DNA of 64,000 nt from Tricharina praecox (GCF_024521635.1 NW_026250410.1:1116001-1180000); one strand, 5' to 3'. Shown: positions 12,683-24,923, numbered from the stretch's first letter. Notes: generated from the sequence alone by a model not told the origin. Program-made: numbers and translations.

Positions 12683-14029
12683 GCAGGTGAAAGGCAGTGA
12701 CGTGATTTGATCTCGCTGGGCTTACACCTGCAGCCGGACAGCAGTGAAGGGGCTACGACGCTGAGGCCTGGTGTTTGTTTTGATGCCGTTATTGTCGAGG
12801 TGGTGTGAGCGAGAGAAAGAGAGAGGACCCAGATAGCTGCACCCGAAAAAAATAAAAACAAAAATAAAACCGGACAGGCAGGGGGGGTGTGAGTCGCCCT
12901 ACCTTTGCATGACCATCCCCGCTTGCTCGCAATGTACAGAATGCTACTCTGAGTGTACGAGAAGGCTCCATATTACGGTATGAGACGGACTGGAGCATGT
13001 GCGGAAGTTATAAGGTTCTTCATGAATCATGATTCGGACTCTATGATGGCGGATTTCGCGGTGAAAAATTGTTTGTCATAGCCGAGTAACCTGGGGAAAT
13101 AATTTCTGCGATATCATCGTTATTCCAAACGCTTCTGAGGCCATTCTGATAGTGGTGTCTGGAGATATCGGGTGGCGGACTCTGCCAGCTTCGCACGGCC
13201 GGTACACTTTTCCTGTTCCACCTAGGTGTCAACACTCACTCGGGGACGCTTCATCTGATTATTATTTTTTGAATACGAAGCGGTATAGGATAATAATAAT
13301 AATAACGGGCACGTCGTCCCCACATCTCATTCTGCCATTTTCATGTATGCACATATGTGCTGAGCCATCACCTGCAAAGGAGCCTGACCCTACAGGTCCT
13401 GCTCGTTGTTGCAGCCCTACCTGTCGGGTCATAGCTAGGGCTTCAAGCTTCGAGCCCTGTCATCAAGGTCTAATGGAGGTTGGGCGGCTGTAGTCAAGCC
13501 ATTACAACAGTGACACAAGCAAGACTTCACGTGCAATGTAGACGCCGATCCCAGATACTCAAACCATTTTCAGCCGATCGGAGGGTCAGTAGGGGAGAAG
13601 CCGGCAGTCAGTACCGAGTCACTGGCAGGAATTCCCTCGTCAACGGGCTGAAGAAGGCTTGACATGCAGGGCGGTAATCGGGTGGGAAGGGATAGGTGGT
13701 GCGGCAGCGGCAGCAGCGAGGGATCTTTTAGTCAATCGGGGAACTCAACCTCATCTGCATCGATCGGGACAAAGCAAACTCAGACCCGGTATTTTCCTGC
13801 TCGACTAATTCCTGCTCGACTACCCCTGGTCAGACTAGTTGTCATTTTTTAGCCGACTTCACCCCACCGTTCCACTTGACATCAACCCGAACTGTCGCTT
13901 CTGCTGAGTGGGCGGGGGTGTCGAGGCTCCTCTGTGTTCGATGCCGCAGATCCACGTGAGCTAGCGTTATGGCGGCTGTGACCATACTCAAACCCGGCGG
14001 ATGCGGCGGGTCTGTCGGATTGTTTTTCT

Positions 14030-15785
14030 ATTTTATTTTTCTCTGTCCCTGTCTATACTGTCTGTTCGTCCGGTCCGTCCTTGTCCGGAACACACATATC
14101 ACATACTGTAGACCATAGACCGTAGACCACCCACCCCGAATAATCCATCGCAGCTCTTTTTTTTTGTCTCGTCCCGTTGATGGGTCTCTCACCATCCACC
14201 TGCGGTCCGGTCCCTCCGCCCCTCGTTTTTTTTATATCTTTTTTTTTATCTCGTCCCGTTCAGAGGATGGGTCTCTCGCCGTTGGGTACCTTCGATCCTG
14301 CCCCTCCGCCACCGGCGTCGTAGCTCAAGCGCATGAAAACAAGCAAAAGGACGGCCGCGGTGGGCCGGACGAGTCCTTCTGGCCAACTGTAAGGTAAACA
14401 ATGACGCCTTGATCGATAAGCAGTGATCATACTGTGTAGGCACAGCAGGACCGGCACGGGATACCTAGGAAGAAGTAAACAAAACAAACTCTTTTGTTCA
14501 CGCAGGCAGACAGTGACTTGTGCCTTGTCGCTGCTGGACGAAGCCTTCGCCGGTCGAGCACTCTCGGACCTAGGTGGAGGGTGACAGCCTGAAAGGTTTC
14601 CGGACGAGTGACAGTCACCGCCGTTGGGAAAGGACTACATCATACCTACGTCTACGCCTATACCTACGCATCTGCGTACGGTGGATATTGAATGGCTGCA
14701 GTGTTCTTGCGCGGAGAGGTATGTGTTTGCTGTAGAGCTACAGTGCGATGGATTTTTTTTCTCTCAGCTGTTCTTGTCTGTCCGTCCGGTCCGTCATTGT
14801 CCGGAACACACATCACGTACTGTAGACCAGTGCAGGCAACAGCCCAGCCCAATCAAAGCCAGCTCGCAGCCCGGCGCGTGTAGCCCAGCCCGGGCTGTGG
14901 GCTGCAACGAGTGAGTTATTGTGATGCGTCTCACTGCTACTCTTCGTTGACCAACTTTTTTCCTATCTATTGTCGTAGAGTTACCCTACCAACTCTGGGA
15001 TCCAACCCGCCCAGCCCAACTGATAGCCCGGGCTGGGCTGCCAGCCCCAGCCCAGCCCATGGGCTTTTCGGGCTGTTGCCTGCACTGCTGTAGACCGTAG
15101 ACCGTAGATCATAGACCACCGACACCGAATAATTCATCGCACCTCGTTCTTTCCTTCTTTTTTTTGTCTCGTCCCGTTGACAGGTCTCTCACCATATGGC
15201 ACACACTTGTTCCTCCACCCCTCGGTTTTTGTCTTCTTCCTTTTTTTTGTTCTTCTTTTGTCTCGTCCCGTTGACGGGTCTCTCACCACATGGACATTGG
15301 CACCCATCTGTCCCTCCGCCCCCGGCCCCTCGGTGTCGTAGCTCGAGCGCATGAAAACAAGCAAAGGGACAGCCGCGGTGAGCCGGACGAGTCCTTCTCG
15401 CCGACTGTAAGGTAAACAATGACGCCTTTGTCGACGATGAGCAGTGATCATGCTATGATGTAGGTACAGCAGGAGCGGCACGGGCTGCCTAGGAAGAAGT
15501 AAACAAAACAAGCCCTTTTGTGCCCGCAGCCTGCGGGCAGACAGTGCCTTGTCACTGCTGGGCGAAGCCTTCGCCGGTCGAGCACTCTCGGACCTACATG
15601 GTAGAGGGTGACAGCCTGACAGGTTTCCGGGTGAGTAACAGTCACCGCCGCTGGGAAAGGACAGGTCAGTGCCGTGAAAAGGACTACATCATACCTACGT
15701 CTACGCCTCTGCCTACGGTAGATACCGTATCGAATGGCCGTTCTTGCGCGGGGAGGTAGGCACTTGCTGTAGAGCTACAGCATGA
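14030..15785 (+). repeat. Degenerate tandem duplication of a ~0.72 kb unit; the second copy is interrupted by a MITE
   Basis: Shared blocks: GTCCGGTCCGTC.TTGTCCGGAACACACAT (~14067/~14784), GCGCATGAAAACAAGCAAA (~14329/~15347), CCTAGGAAGAAGTAAACAAAACAA (~14464/~15488), AAAGGACTACATCATACCTACGTCTACGCCT (~14629/~15678). Confidence 0.9.
14828..15087. mobile_element. hAT-type MITE, 260 bp
   Basis: Perfect 18-bp TIRs CAGTGCAGGCAACAGCCC / GGGCTGTTGCCTGCACTG. 8-bp TSD CTGTAGAC at 14820-14827 and 15088-15095. Subterminal AGCCC/GGGCT motif arrays. Confidence 0.93.
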
Positions 15786-15825
15786 GTATACGATACTGCG
15801 AGTGTGGACTTCTTCGTGATGTGAG

Positions 15826-16120
15826 CAGTGTTCTCCATCGTCCGGTCCGTCCAACATCCGTCCTGGGCCTCGGACGAAGACGGACGGCGTGCCTCCCGTC
15901 CGTCCGAGCCTATGATGCTGTACTGGCCAAAGGTAGTTGATCCCCACACAAAAGATATCATTTTATCTCACTCGCGTGACTGCAAACGGCTAGTGTATGC
16001 CGTTATTGCGACGAGTGATGAGAATATCATCACGTGATATGGACAGCCCGTCCTCCACCGTCGGACGGGGACCGACCCGTCCGTCCCAGGCTCGGACCGT
16101 CCGGACGATGGAGAACACTG
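15826..16120. mobile_element. hAT-type MITE, 295 bp (second family)
   Basis: Perfect 20-bp TIRs CAGTGTTCTCCATCGTCCGG / CCGGACGATGGAGAACACTG. 8-bp TSD GATGTGAG at 15818-15825 and 16121-16128. Subterminal CGTCC/GGACG motifs. Confidence 0.93.
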
Positions 16121-16365
16121 GATGTGAGGATACGCTGGCAACTACATTGAGGCCTCTCAAGGCGCTTCGAGAGATATTCCCCGTTACGATGGCCTCCCTC
16201 CTATGAAACCTAGCCGGAGACATGTAATTAAACACCTCCTACATGTCGAAGCACCAGAAGTGTGCGTCCTCTATATAGCTATTCTCCTGTAACCCCGCCA
16301 TATATATCGCCACCAGAAGACAGTGGTCTTTCTATTCCTCCAACAATGCCCAAGTCCCCGTCTCC

Positions 16366-17268
16366 CTATTTCTTCCCCTTCCCCTTCTTCTTCCCCTCCT
16401 TCTCCTCCAACTTCCCCTTCTTCCCCTCCTTCTCCTCCACGAAACCCCCAAGCACCAACGCCTCCCTCGCGGCAGTATTGATAAGCCTAAACCTATCGGG
16501 GCCCAACTTAACGCCGCCATACCACCTACTAACAACAACACACACATCCTTGACATCCATGACCTGGAGCAGATGGGCGAGCCTGCTCCCGGCTGCAGTC
16601 TCTCCATCATCGTCATTATCCTGGACCACGACCCCATTCTCGCGCACGATCCGGAACGCGCTGATGTTGTGCGTCGCCTTCTGGATCTTCTTGTCGCCGG
16701 AGATCAGCGCCGACACGAGCCCGTGTGCTTCGGCCGCGGAGCTAACGTGGATGCTCCGCGCGATGAAGACGGACTTCTTCTCGGTGATAGGCGGCCCCAC
16801 CGTCCATGGGTCGGCAGCGCGGTCTGGTACTGCGCTTAGTGTGGGCTCTGCGAGGGTGGGTGGGGAGGGGGAGCGCGGCGGCGGTGTCGGCGTTTCGGGC
16901 TCAGGCTCGGGTGCGCGTGTGCGCGCGTGGACTTCCTCCTCCCTCCCCGCCTCTTCCGCCTCCTCCTCCTCACCGCCTAGTACCTCGCGCAGCCCCTCCA
17001 CCAGATCGTACAGACACACCTCTCCTTGCCTGAACACGTTGTCGAGGACCTCTTGAGCCAGAGCGGCGCCCGTGGAGCCATTCGCTATTATCGTCGGCGG
17101 GGAGGCCGGGTAGTCCAGCGGGATGTGCAGGCGCAGGCGCAGCGCTGGAGAAACGACGGATGCTGGCGGCTGCAGGATGTACTCCCCCGCCGACGAGCCG
17201 CAAATAAGACATGAGAAGCTGTAGATCGCGTTTAGGGCTGCCGTCTCGTCGCTGAGGTCATCGTTCAT
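16366..17268 (-). CDS. YIH1: IMPACT/Yih1 family protein (RWD + UPF0029 domains), intronless, 300 aa
   Basis: N-terminal RWD (LSDETAALNAIY...PLDYPASPP). C-terminal ITEKKSVFIA, KATHNISAFRI, DNDDDGETAAGSRL, VVVSRWYGGVKLGPDRFRLIN. ATG at 17268. Confidence 0.92.
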   Translation of the reverse strand: MNDDLSDETAALNAIYSFSCLICGSSAGEYILQPPASVVSPALRLRLHIPLDYPASPPTIIANGSTGAALAQEVLDNVFRQGEVCLYDLVEGLREVLGGEEEEAEEAGREEEVHARTRAPEPEPETPTPPPRSPSPPTLAEPTLSAVPDRAADPWTVGPPITEKKSVFIARSIHVSSAAEAHGLVSALISGDKKIQKATHNISAFRIVRENGVVVQDNDDDGETAAGSRLAHLLQVMDVKDVCVVVSRWYGGVKLGPDRFRLINTAAREALVLGGFVEEKEGKKGKLEEKEGKKKGKGKK

Positions 17269-18550
17269 GGTGGGATGAGGGGGGACGCTCAACGGCTAGC
17301 TGGCTAGGTGCCGACGTACCGTGTGGATGGTGCGAACGGGTCTCGGTGCGGTCGGAACTTCGGCAAAAGGCTGGGCGCTGGGCTGAACCCGCGACTGTGG
17401 AGGTGGCGCTAGCTCCCCAACCAAAGTCGCGTGGCTCCCTCCACAACCGGTCCTGCCGGGGATGAGCCGATGCGCCTAAAGACGGAGGTTTATTTTTCCT
17501 GCAGCGATGCGGTGCCAGTGGGGTGCAATTACGGCGGCAGACGGGGGTGGTGCCGGTGGTGCCGCTGAAGCCGATGGGGACGGAGCCCAATGCACTGGAC
17601 TGGTAACGCGGGCAGGCTGAGGAAAGGGTGTTGGACAGAGCTGTGCTGTGCTGTGCTGTGGCTCGCGCGATACTTGATTACCTCTCTTCATAGCTGGTGG
17701 GCTCGAGATAGATACCTAGAATCTAGATAGCTATTCCCTGATGATTGTCGCTGAAGAATCGGCAAGCACAAAATACCAGTATGGTGCAACGTGCTTCGCG
17801 ACGCCCTGCCAATTTCTACATACTTCACAGCTTCGGATGGTAGCGTTTGCTTCCAGTGGCCGGCCGCCCTGTTGGATCCCGTTGCTGGTCTTTGTTCGTT
17901 GACGGTTGCGTTGCACCGCTTCAGCCGCATAGGACGCCTACTCTACATACCGGTAGCGTTGCCCGCCTCCAGCTCTTCAGCTTCTCCACCTTCTCCGCGT
18001 CTGTTTCCTACGGGACAGTCGACAGTCGATGGCGAAGAGCTGTCATTTATCAGCTACTCTACTTATCTAGCATCTACATAGCCGGCCCAGCCCGACAGCA
18101 GCCCCAGCAAGTGGCAACCCAACCAACCAACCAACCAACCAACCAGCCTTACCGTAGCGAAGAATGTTCAGGAAGTCGCGGCCCCGCCTCCACCACGGTC
18201 CACCACAACCAGGCCACCTCGGTAAATAAAGTGTACCCGCGCGCACGCTGGGTAGCAAGAGGCATCGACAGCGAACCCCACCACCACCACTACCACCACC
18301 ACCTTCTCGGTAGCTTCCGTCAATAAAGCCCATAGAAAGAAAGCTCTCTATTTAACTTCAACAACGTGGTCGTGGTCGTCCGTCTTTGATACCTAGTAGT
18401 TGTTATCCCAAGGAATTCTTTCTCCTCCGTCGAGCTCTCCCTCCTTTCACACACCCACGCACACACACACTCCCACCCTACTAGAATCAGCTCGTGTAAC
18501 CCCTATTGTCTTAATCGCAGCCGCAATCTCGATCCCAATCGACAAAAAAC

Positions 18551-21044
18551 ATGGCATCACAGGCCGAACTCAACACCGAGGCGGCGGCCGAATACGAGAT
18601 GCCACGAGAGCTCTGGAGACACCCGGATCCGAAGTCGACGAATATGGAGGTGTTCCGGAAACAGACGAATGCGAGACATGGCGTGGACCTGCAGGTGTGT
18701 GGCACTCCCGGCGTCGGAGAGCGTGAGAAGGGTGCTGATCTGGGTCCGTGAAACAGACGTCCGATGATATTCACAAGTGGTCCGTCGATAATCTGGCCGC
18801 GTTCTGGGGCGATATATGGGAGAACGTTGGGATGATCCATGAGGGGGCGTGGACAAGTGTGCGTACCCGTCCGTCCGTCCGGATGAGGGGTGGTGGAGCT
18901 GGAAGGAGCTTGGAGTGTCAATGCTGATGTTGATGTGTCTAGGTCGTCGATGAAACCGCGCGGATCGACAGCATACCCGACTGGTTCCCGGGCGTCAAAC
19001 TCAACTTCACCGAGCTGGTGCGTACCCTCATGATGGCCTACTTGCATCCCCGTTGTGGTCGGCCACTGACATCCCGCTAGCTCCTGTTCACCAAGGGCCC
19101 CAAAGGCCCACTGGACATCACCACCATCGGCAAGGAGGATGACAAGGTCGCACTGACATCTGTGCGCGAGGGCGGCACGGAAATGTACAAAGTAACGTGG
19201 GGGCAGCTGCGGCAGCAAGTTGGCCACCTCACGCAGGCACTGCGGGCCCACGGCGTGCGCAAGGGCGACCGCGTGGCCGGCGTGGTGTCGAACTCGGTGG
19301 ATGCGCTGGCGGTGTTCCTGGCGACGGTGGCGATCGGCGCGATATACTCCAGCTCGGCGACGGATATGGGCGCCAAGGGTGTCCTCGACCGCATGCTGCA
19401 GATTGAGCCAATGTACATCTTCATGGACGACTATGCTGTCTACAACAGGAAGAAGACGGATCTGAGGCCCAAGATGACGGAGATTGTCGAGGGGATGGAG
19501 TCGGTGAAGGAGTTCAAGGGCATGATTTCGCTTCCCCGGTTTGCTGAGCCTGTCGATATCAGCGCGGTTCCGAGATGGTAAGATCAAACCTGGAGGCGAG
19601 TGAATGATTGCTGACAGCGAGATGCAGTCAGACATTGGCCACCTTTATGGAGAAGGCTACAGCCAAGGAGTTGATCTTGGAGCGTGTCCCTTTCCGACAC
19701 CCGTTCTTCATCGCATACTCGTCGGGCACTACTGGAAAGCCCAAATGCATCGTGCACTGTGGAGGTGTAAGTTGCGCATTACCCCCATCTCGAGGAGCAG
19801 TAGAACTAAACTCCAGTAGGGTTCAGCATTAAACATGAGGAAAGAACAATGGCTCCACCACCGTGTCGACAGTGACAGCACCTACCTTCAGTACACCACC
19901 ACTGGCTGGATTATGTACCTAGTACAGGTCAACACCCTTCTCGTCGGTGCTCATGTCGTCCTCTATGACGGCTCGCCCTTCCAGCCCGGACCGGAAGCCT
20001 TCATCCGCCTTATGGGAGATCTCAAGGTCACCCACCTCGGTAGCTCTCCAAAGTACTTCCAAGAGCTACAGCTCCGTGGGTTCGCTCCTCGAGAGCTTGC
20101 GGACCTCTCCAACCTTCGCGTGGTCACCAGCACCGGAATGGTGCTCTCGACCTCGTTGTTCGAATGGTTCTACGACGTTGGATTCCCTCCCACCGCTCAG
20201 CTCTCCAATATCACCGGCGGAACCGACATCAACGGCGCCCTTGCAATCGCCAACACATTTTCGCCCCTGTATGCCGGCGGGTGCCATGGATTGAACGCAG
20301 GTATAGCGACGGAAGTGTACGCGCTCGTCGACAGCATCGAGGGACAGGTGGTCCGCGGTCGACGCTGCGCCTCCGGTGAGCCCGGCGAGCTGGTGGTGAC
20401 TAAACCCTTCCCCACTATGCCGGTCATGTTCTGGGGCAAAGAAGGAGCAAAGCAGTACTTCAACAGCTACTTCGCGAAATACGACAGTGAGCATCCCTCC
20501 GCTTTTTCTCCCTCCCACTCCGATACTAACAGTCGCACCAGATGTCTGGACCCAAGGCGACTTCGCCATGATCCACCCCCGCTCGAACGCGCTGGTAATG
20601 CTCGGCCGCGCCGACGGCGTGCTCAACCCCTCGGGCGTGCGCTTCGGCTCGTCGGAGCTGTACTCCGTACTCGACGCGCAGTTCTCGTCCGAGATCGCCG
20701 ACTCGATCGCGGTGGGCCAGCGGCGGCCCAAAGACCTCGACGAGCAGGTGGTGCTGTTCCTGCTGATGAAGCCGGGGCAGAAGTTTACGCCCAGCCTGGT
20801 CAAGCGCATCAAGGCGGCTATCGGAAAGGGCCTCAGCAAGAGACACGTCCCGAGATATATCTTTGAGACCCCGGATATCCCTACCACTATCAACTTCAAG
20901 AAGGTCGAGCTCCCCGTAAAACAGATCCTCTGCGGAAAGAGGGTTGTCCCCAGCGCTACACTGAGGAATCCGGAGAGTCTCGAGTACTACTATCAGTTTG
21001 TCGATATTGAGAGGGCCGCGACGCAGGGTATGGCCAGGCTGTAG
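18551..21044 (+). CDS. Acetoacetyl-CoA synthetase (ANL adenylate-forming family); 7 exons 18551-18694, 18757-18858, 18943-19017, 19081-19577, 19628-19766, 19820-20486, 20542-21044
   Basis: Motifs [102 protein letters not shown]. Six GT-AG introns keep the frame. C-terminus is ARL. Confidence 0.92.
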
Positions 21045-22108
21045 GTACTCGAAAAGTGGGGGAGGGAGAGGATGGGATGGGATGTGTAGATAGACGGGGT
21101 TTTCGTTTTTCGTTTCGGTCATTTCGTTGGGTTTTTTTGGGCAGGGAGAGATGAATGCAAATTCTCGGGAAGCAGAAGGAGCAGGTTGCTCATAATTGCG
21201 GGTTGTGTTGCGGGTTGTGTTGCGGGTTGTGGATTGCAGGTTGCGGGGTGGGGGACAGTAGATGTACGTAGGATTTGGCGTAATATTTTTGCCTAACGTC
21301 TCGGCCGAGAAACTCGTGTCACAATCATCATCGCGTGCTGCAGCGTGGAGAATCCCGCAGACCCCGCCCGACGCCCGTACCGTAGGCGAGGTGATGGCAA
21401 TCCTTGTTTTTTATTTTATATTCCGCATGATACGATAACATGTAAGGCGTATGGAAAAATGTAGAAAATGCGAGGCGGGTGCGGAGACGGGGATAACTAC
21501 GGTAGGGCTGGACTTGGGCTTGGACTTGGAGGTTCGGTCATAGGTCTCACTCGGTCGGCGGAAATAGCACAGTTCCTGTAAGAAGTTTTTTTTTGGAGAG
21601 TGATGGGAGTTATCGTTATCAGATACGAAGCAAGAAGTAGTAAAATCGCACATGAACTGTACGAGACGAATCCGAGTTCGTGTCCTATATTTCCTACCCA
21701 TCTTGACTATGATGTGTTAAACGTAGCAACCCGCGGTTCAGGGAGGCACCAATCCGCCGACCCGTGATTGTGCACGGGCCAGCGTTTGCACCGTGCTTGC
21801 GGGGCGGTGTAGCGCTGCCCACCGCGGCGGGCTGTTACCGTAGTTACCTGCGATCTTACCGCCTCATCGATTGGCCGCCTAGTCGTAGGCGATGCCTCAT
21901 TCGGGAGAAATAATGTATGCACGGAGCCCAAACCCGACGGAAAGTTTGTAGAGGAAGCCCTATACAGGATTCGGCATCAGGTGACAGGGTTTAGGGCTTT
22001 ACGTAGGGTTTCCTTTCGGTGCGGTGCACGGACTAGTTCCGTGCGATGAGTGACGATGCGTGCATGTGTTTGCTACGACAATAGCAAGACCACAACAATG
22101 AATCTGTC

Positions 22109-22370
22109 TTTCCATCCTTCCACGTAGCTTCCCTTGTGATACTTCGAGGGAACCACCCACATCACCTGCTTCTTTCCATCCAACCATCCATCCTCATACC
22201 ATCTCTTCTCTGCTCATACTCTGAGAGCTCGACCATCACACCCGCTTCTTTCCATCCTTCCACACCCCTTCTCTTCTAATACTTTGAGAGCTCGACCATC
22301 ACACCAGCTTCTATCCATCCCACCACATACCTACTCTTCTCCTCTGATACTCTGAAAGCTCGACCCACCC
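22109..22370 (+). repeat. Four degenerate ~60-75 bp CT-rich units upstream of the 22455 ORF
   Basis: Recurring GCTTCTTTCCATCC ... ATACT(C/T)TGA(G/A)AGCTCGACCATCACACC. Confidence 0.75.
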
Positions 22371-22454
22371 CACCCGCTATACTCACAGAACCCAGAACAC
22401 CCCACGACACAAAAACGATCACGACCCACAGCCTCGAACGCACCAGAAGCCACA

Positions 22455-23368
22455 ATGGGTGCCGTACAGACCGGGCGCATCATTGAGATACAGGAGGAGA
22501 TCTTCGAGGGTGGTCAGCAAGCTGCTCTCGAGGGTGGTCAGCAAGCTGCTCTCGAGGATCGTCGGCAAGCTGCTCTCGCCGACTACCTGAGCAGAAGAAC
22601 ACATCACCGACACAGATCTGCTCACCGCCGCTACCATGAAAATCGTCTAATTCAGGAGAATAACGTCGAGAACGAGAATAACTACTATTCCTACGAGTAC
22701 CGCCCACGGTACAATTACGTGCCGCGTCAGGTTAGTTACGGTGAACCCCCCCAGTTTATTCCCCACTCATCGCCCCTCAACAGCCAGCGCTCCCCGCTCC
22801 TCCCTCAGCGCCGGCCTTGCCGCCTCCTCCGACTTCGCTCTCGATCCCGATCGTCGTTTGCTCGCCCCAGGCACCGCCCGCTCAGCCCGCACCGCCTGTC
22901 CAGCCCTCGCCGCGCATCATCTCGACACCGTCAGGAAACGCGCTGAGGATGCCGGTGATCACCTCCGCCCGAGCACCCCAGACCGGCAGCTCGACGTGCG
23001 CAGCCCACGACGGTCCATACCTCACCATGACGTACCTCCCCGCCGATACCGCCAGCTCTCCCACTACTCTCGGACCCATGCAGACGAACACGCTCTCCAC
23101 TACATTCGTGGCCCCGCAGAGCACCCAGAGCACCCAGGTCGCCCTCGACGGCACCTTCCTCTTTCAGGGGAATCGGCCCAGCCCCCAGGTGCAGCCCCAG
23201 GGTGTCATCGCTCTCAAGTTCTCGGACGGAGAGATCATACGCCTCAGGACCGCGGATGGCGCGTACATCAGGAGTACCACATACGTGGGTATGGCTTGGA
23301 TGGATTGTACGGAGAAGAGAGAGGGCAGATGGTGGCGTCTGGATAATGGGCGGGTTATTCAGGCCTGA
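22455..23368 (+). CDS. Orphan Pro-rich protein, ~286 aa; exons 22455-22730, 22784-23368
   Basis: ATG in CCACAATGG context. Phase-0 intron GTTAGT...CAACAG (22731-22783) joins two long open frames. Internal 24-bp repeat encodes EGGQQAAL-type units x3. Confidence 0.6.
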
Positions 23369-23713
23369 GTTGGGGACGAGAAAAAAAACGAGGCTTCTGG
23401 GGGATGCGGGTGAGGTTTTGTGAAGCAGTGGCGAGTGGGCAAGTGGCACATACTTACGGCAGGATGTTCAACACACCCTTTACAGCGATTGTTTTTTTTC
23501 CGGTGGTTTTTCTACGGCGGTTTTCTTCTCTACTCCCTTCCATTTCCTGGATTGGCGTCTCACGGCACCGAGCATCGGACATTGACATCGGTCGTCGGCT
23601 TCGGCTTCGCACATCAGGCATCGGATCAGTTTCAGATTCGGTGTACCGACCGAGGGGGATATTTTACCCTTTTCTCTTTTTTTTCCTTTCATCTTTTCCT
23701 TTTTTTCCTTTGT

Positions 23714-24030
23714 CTTTTCATCGGCATGAGCTCCGGTGCGATTTGAGAATCCTTTGTTTCTTTTCTTTTCTTTTCTTCTCTTGTTTTCTTCTTCACCTTT
23801 TAAATTTTTTACATTTTACACACTTTTATACTGCTCTGTTCAGACTTTTCAACAATGGCCTTTTTTTCCTGTTTCTTTTCATCGGCATGAGCTCCGGTGC
23901 GCTTTGAAAATTTGTTTCTTTCCTTTTCTACCCGTTTTTCTTTTTTTTCTTCTTCAAATTTTCACATACTGTTATTTCTTTTTTTTCTGCTTGTGTCTGG
24001 CATTTCAACAATGGCTTTCTTTTCTTTTCT
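23714..24030 (+). repeat. T-rich tandem duplication, period ~160 bp
   Basis: TCTTTTCATCGGCATGAGCTCCGGTGCG at ~23714 and ~23874; TTTCAACAATGGC at ~23847 and ~24003. Confidence 0.75.
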
Positions 24031-24923
24031 GTTTTGTTTGTTTGTTTGTTTGCTTGTTCGTTTTTCGGTAGACTGAGATGTGGATGGGATGGGGATGGTG
24101 ATGGTGATGGTGACGATGATGATGATGGTGATGATGATGATTCCGATGGGTACCTGAAAGTATACATAGTAGTAGAATACGGTACGGTAGAAAGCGACGG
24201 AGAAAACGGACGGAATGGAAATGTGGAGTTCAACACTCTCAATCACTCGCATTTTGTTTCACATCATATTGTGTGCATCGCGGATCTACCAATAACGGTG
24301 CAGACCCACGGTGCAGAAACGCAGGGGAGCAGAAAGATCTACCTATGACATCACCACCGACCCCAAGATCCGCGGCGGCGGAGGCGTAATTCTCCGACAA
24401 ATTCGGAACAAATTTCAAAAAGCGAGGCATGATTCCGAGTCCTGTCCAATCGGCACGAGACCAACCGGCACGGCCAATCGGCACGAGTTCGTCGTCGCAC
24501 TCATGCACGCCACGCCCGAAACACAAGCCACCGGCGCTTCGCCAAACCCCGCCGGTGGCCACAACGAAGAGGGGAGGGAATGGGAGAGAAGAGGGGAAAG
24601 AAGAGGGGATCCGGCTGCGCCTTCCATACCGTGTTGTGACTCAGCTCGAACGCTCTATTCCGGGTCGGGCAGGTCGGGCACGGCTGGTGGGTCGGGTTGG
24701 GCATGGCTGGTCTTGTCGAGATGTTGCGCTGCCGACCCTTCCACCTCACCGACACTGAGCACTGACTACAGACCAGCGAACACTGACCACAGAACACTGG
24801 TTCCGCTTCCGGACATTCCTATCTATATATCTATCCATCACTAGTAACAGTAACGGCGACAATCGTGGGGGGTGGTGAGGTATGGTGTGAGATAGTGGTG
24901 GTGGTGGTGGGGGGGGGGGGGGA

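Noticed and set aside
10340..13245. Possible large DNA transposon bounded by GACACC/GGTGTC
   Set aside because: The inverted match is only ~6 bp, and there is no TSD or transposase.
16262..17056. 264-aa plus-strand ORF
   Set aside because: Antisense to YIH1 and low complexity.
18511..19635. 374-aa minus-strand ORF
   Set aside because: Antisense shadow of the acetoacetyl-CoA synthetase exons.
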